A DNA stretch of 29,026 bases from a virus (Duplodnaviria > Heunggongvirae > Uroviricota > Caudoviricetes). Every line of letters begins with the position of its first letter. The first letter of the stretch is position 1. The notes beneath the pieces were generated by a model. The model saw only the letters and a list, made by a program, of their open reading frames with translations, had not been told where the DNA came from and did no database searches. Positions 28,301 to 29,026 of this stretch are shown in pieces. A program made the position numbers and the translations under genes. Location: positions 1 through 29,026 of the IMG/VR virus record IMGVR_UViG_2671180727_000014; one strand, given 5' to 3'.

Positions 28301-29026
28301 TCCGACAGCTGTACGCTTCCACAAAGCACCTGTAATTCCTTTGGGGTTTCCATTGCCTGCTCGTAGAACCAGTTCTGAAATGCCTGCCTGATGTGGGGAA
28401 CCGACGTTGTAACCAGCGCCACCAATCAATGCGATGTAAACGATGGAACTCGCTTGTGGCATGGTAACCGTAGCCAGTTTGAACCACCCTGCCCCGCCAG
28501 AGAAAGACATCGTTACTGAATTTAAAGTACCAATATCTTTCGGCGTTAATGTGATATCCGCAGTCAGTGCTTTTCCGTTAACTTTTCGGTTAGATGGCAC
28601 CCTGCTATTCGCATTGTCATTGGCTGCTTTAACTGCCTTCGGTGTCGCGGCAAGCGTTTCAGATGTGCTGTTGGTCGCACTGCTGAGCTGTACTATCCCC
28701 TTTTTCGTCGTACTTGCATCCTCAAGCGCCACGGCGGATGCAATATCCTCTGCCCGTTTAGCTGCTGTCTCGGCGCGCGTTGCCGCGGATTCCGCCGTAC
28801 TTTTGCTCTGAGCTGCCGCCGTCGCACTACCAGCTGCCTCTGTCGCCTTCGTGGATGCCGTCGTGGCGCTGCCTTTCGCTGCTGATGCCTGTCTGGTCGC
28901 CTCATCTTTTGAAGCAGACGCAGATGATGCCGATGACGCTGCCGAACTGGCGGACGATGCGGCTGCCGTTTTTGAGGATTCTGCACGGGTTTCCGACGCT
29001 TTCGCGTTCGTTTCGGATGTCTTCGC
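25358..29026 (-). CDS. long tail fiber protein, 5'-truncated by the window end (at least 1222 aa in window), with C-terminal intramolecular chaperone (peptidase S74-like) domain
   Basis: The frame stays open to position 29026; the ORF-track start at 28732 is an internal GTG. Ala/Ser/Thr-rich N-terminal repeats (AKTSETNAKASETRAESSKTAAAS...), then GIVQLSSATNSTSETLAATPKAVKAAND. Fiber repeats NGNAATATKLQTARTIGGVSFDGSANINLPGVN. C-terminal chaperone-like DRRSKRNIRKIERALDKLDRIEGVLYEI...LREEVRELKAKM. Confidence 0.85.
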   Translation of the reverse strand, partial: AKTSETNAKASETRAESSKTAAASSASSAASSASSASASKDEATRQASAAKGSATTASTKATEAAGSATAAAQSKSTAESAATRAETAAKRAEDIASAVALEDASTTKKGIVQLSSATNSTSETLAATPKAVKAANDNANSRVPSNRKVNGKALTADITLTPKDIGTLNSVTMSFSGGAGWFKLATVTMPQASSIVYIALIGGAGYNVGSPHQAGISELVLRAGNGNPKGITGALWKRTAVGLANFAWINTSGDTYDIYVEIGNYATSVNIHWDCTANASVSIYTSPTYSASKPSSVTDGVVYTMYSTHQKPTPLDIGALPTTGGTVSGPLSVTGGITGTLNGNASTATKLQTARSIGGVVFDGSANINLPGVNTTGNQNTTGNAATATKLQTVRKISGVPFDGSTDITLTAAHVAAFARRATGSYADADGGVPWNAESGAYNVNRTGDSYILANFYTGVGSCRTLQIKAHYKNGGLFYRSSRDGYGFESGWEQVYTTGFMPQPADINAPTAADGWLNSGNGTAFTTAQFITWLNNQGAFSNKYWIARCSWAYANNNYIDDTGCGRIDLSGSVIEVFSNKATSHYTIRVTTTTTSGHGGVNNAEFIYVYNGSDYAPGWRRSYNTRNKPTASDVGALPLSGGALTGGLTAAGEIISKSANGMRIAYGNYGFFIRNDGSNTYFMLTASGDTLGSWNGLRPIIINNTSGAVTIGNGLNVTGGINGSLNGNAATATKLQTARTIGGVSFDGSANINLPGVNIAGNQNTTGNAATATKLQTARTINGVSFDGSKNIELTPRSIGTINSATMSFSGGAGWFKLATVTMPQASSVVYISLIGGAGFNVGSPQQAGISELVLRAGNGNPKGITGALWRRTSVGFTNFAWVNTSGDTYDIYVEIGNYATGVNIQWDYTSNASVTIHTSPTYTANKPTGLTDGTVYVIYSSHIKPTAADVGALSLSGGQLNGALGIGTSSALGGNSIVLGDNDTGFKQNGDGILDVYANSAHVFRFVNSTLQSLKPLSVTGDITSSAWVYANRFSINSGSGAWIDMRNQNVIFGRNAVSTSSAQALLRQDHADRKFFLGGLGNSQFGFYMINNSRTANGTDANAYLQNDGTWVCGGNGSFNDVYIRSDRRSKRNIRKIERALDKLDRIEGVLYEIQVCDRYEQSGGLIAQDVQNVQPELVTVDHNDQSGEPRLRLNYNGVIGMLVEAVKELREEVRELKAKM
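26153..26653 (-). repeat. copy B of the duplicated tail fiber module (TPRSIGTINSATMSFSGGAGWFKLATVTMPQASS...TSPTY...ALSLSGG)
   Basis: As for copy A; each copy is adjacent to a pair of ATATKLQT fiber repeats (about 27797-28015 and 26654-26881). Confidence 0.75.
28049..28552 (-). repeat. copy A of a duplicated ~168-aa tail fiber module (TPKDIGTLNSVTMSFSGGAGWFKLATVTMPQASS...TSPTY...ALPTTGG)
   Basis: Aligned by eye to copy B with high amino-acid identity; antisense ORFs in both regions also share peptides, showing nucleotide-level similarity. Confidence 0.75.

Noticed and set aside
28443-28986. Plus ORF 28443-28811 and Arg-rich minus ORF 28693-28986 near the window end
   Set aside because: The tail fiber reading frame stays open through this region to 29026 and encodes typical Ala/Ser/Thr-rich fiber N-terminal repeats; the Arg-rich ORF is the wrong frame of that GC-rich repeat.

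Overview
The window reads as a segment of a tailed-phage genome with plasmid-like maintenance functions (a phage-plasmid; the gene set resembles SSU5/pHCM2-type elements, from memory only, no search run). Nearly all genes lie on the minus strand. In minus-strand order (high to low coordinates): a 5'-truncated long tail fiber with an internal module duplication and a C-terminal intramolecular-chaperone domain; a glycine-rich protein; a lysis cassette with overlapped spanins; then a plus-strand island holding a GNAT/RHH toxin-antitoxin pair, ParA plus a small partner, and a solitary GIY-YIG nuclease; a replication module (DnaB-like helicase, primase, ATP-dependent ligase); a cluster of four tRNAs with an intrinsic terminator; a lipoprotein + HNH-nuclease operon; a glutaredoxin; a tyrosine recombinase with a lox-like inverted repeat upstream and a divergent HTH regulator; an AAA+ ATPase/vWA pair; and a DnaE-type polymerase. 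The candidates I consider most worth follow-up are the lipoprotein-HNH operon, the solitary GIY-YIG gene, the lox-like site with its dispersed 15-mer copies, and a family of GGTAAG/CTTACC-type palindromes in intergenic regions. All calls are from reading the sequence and motif recall; coordinates of small elements may be off by 1-2 nt.
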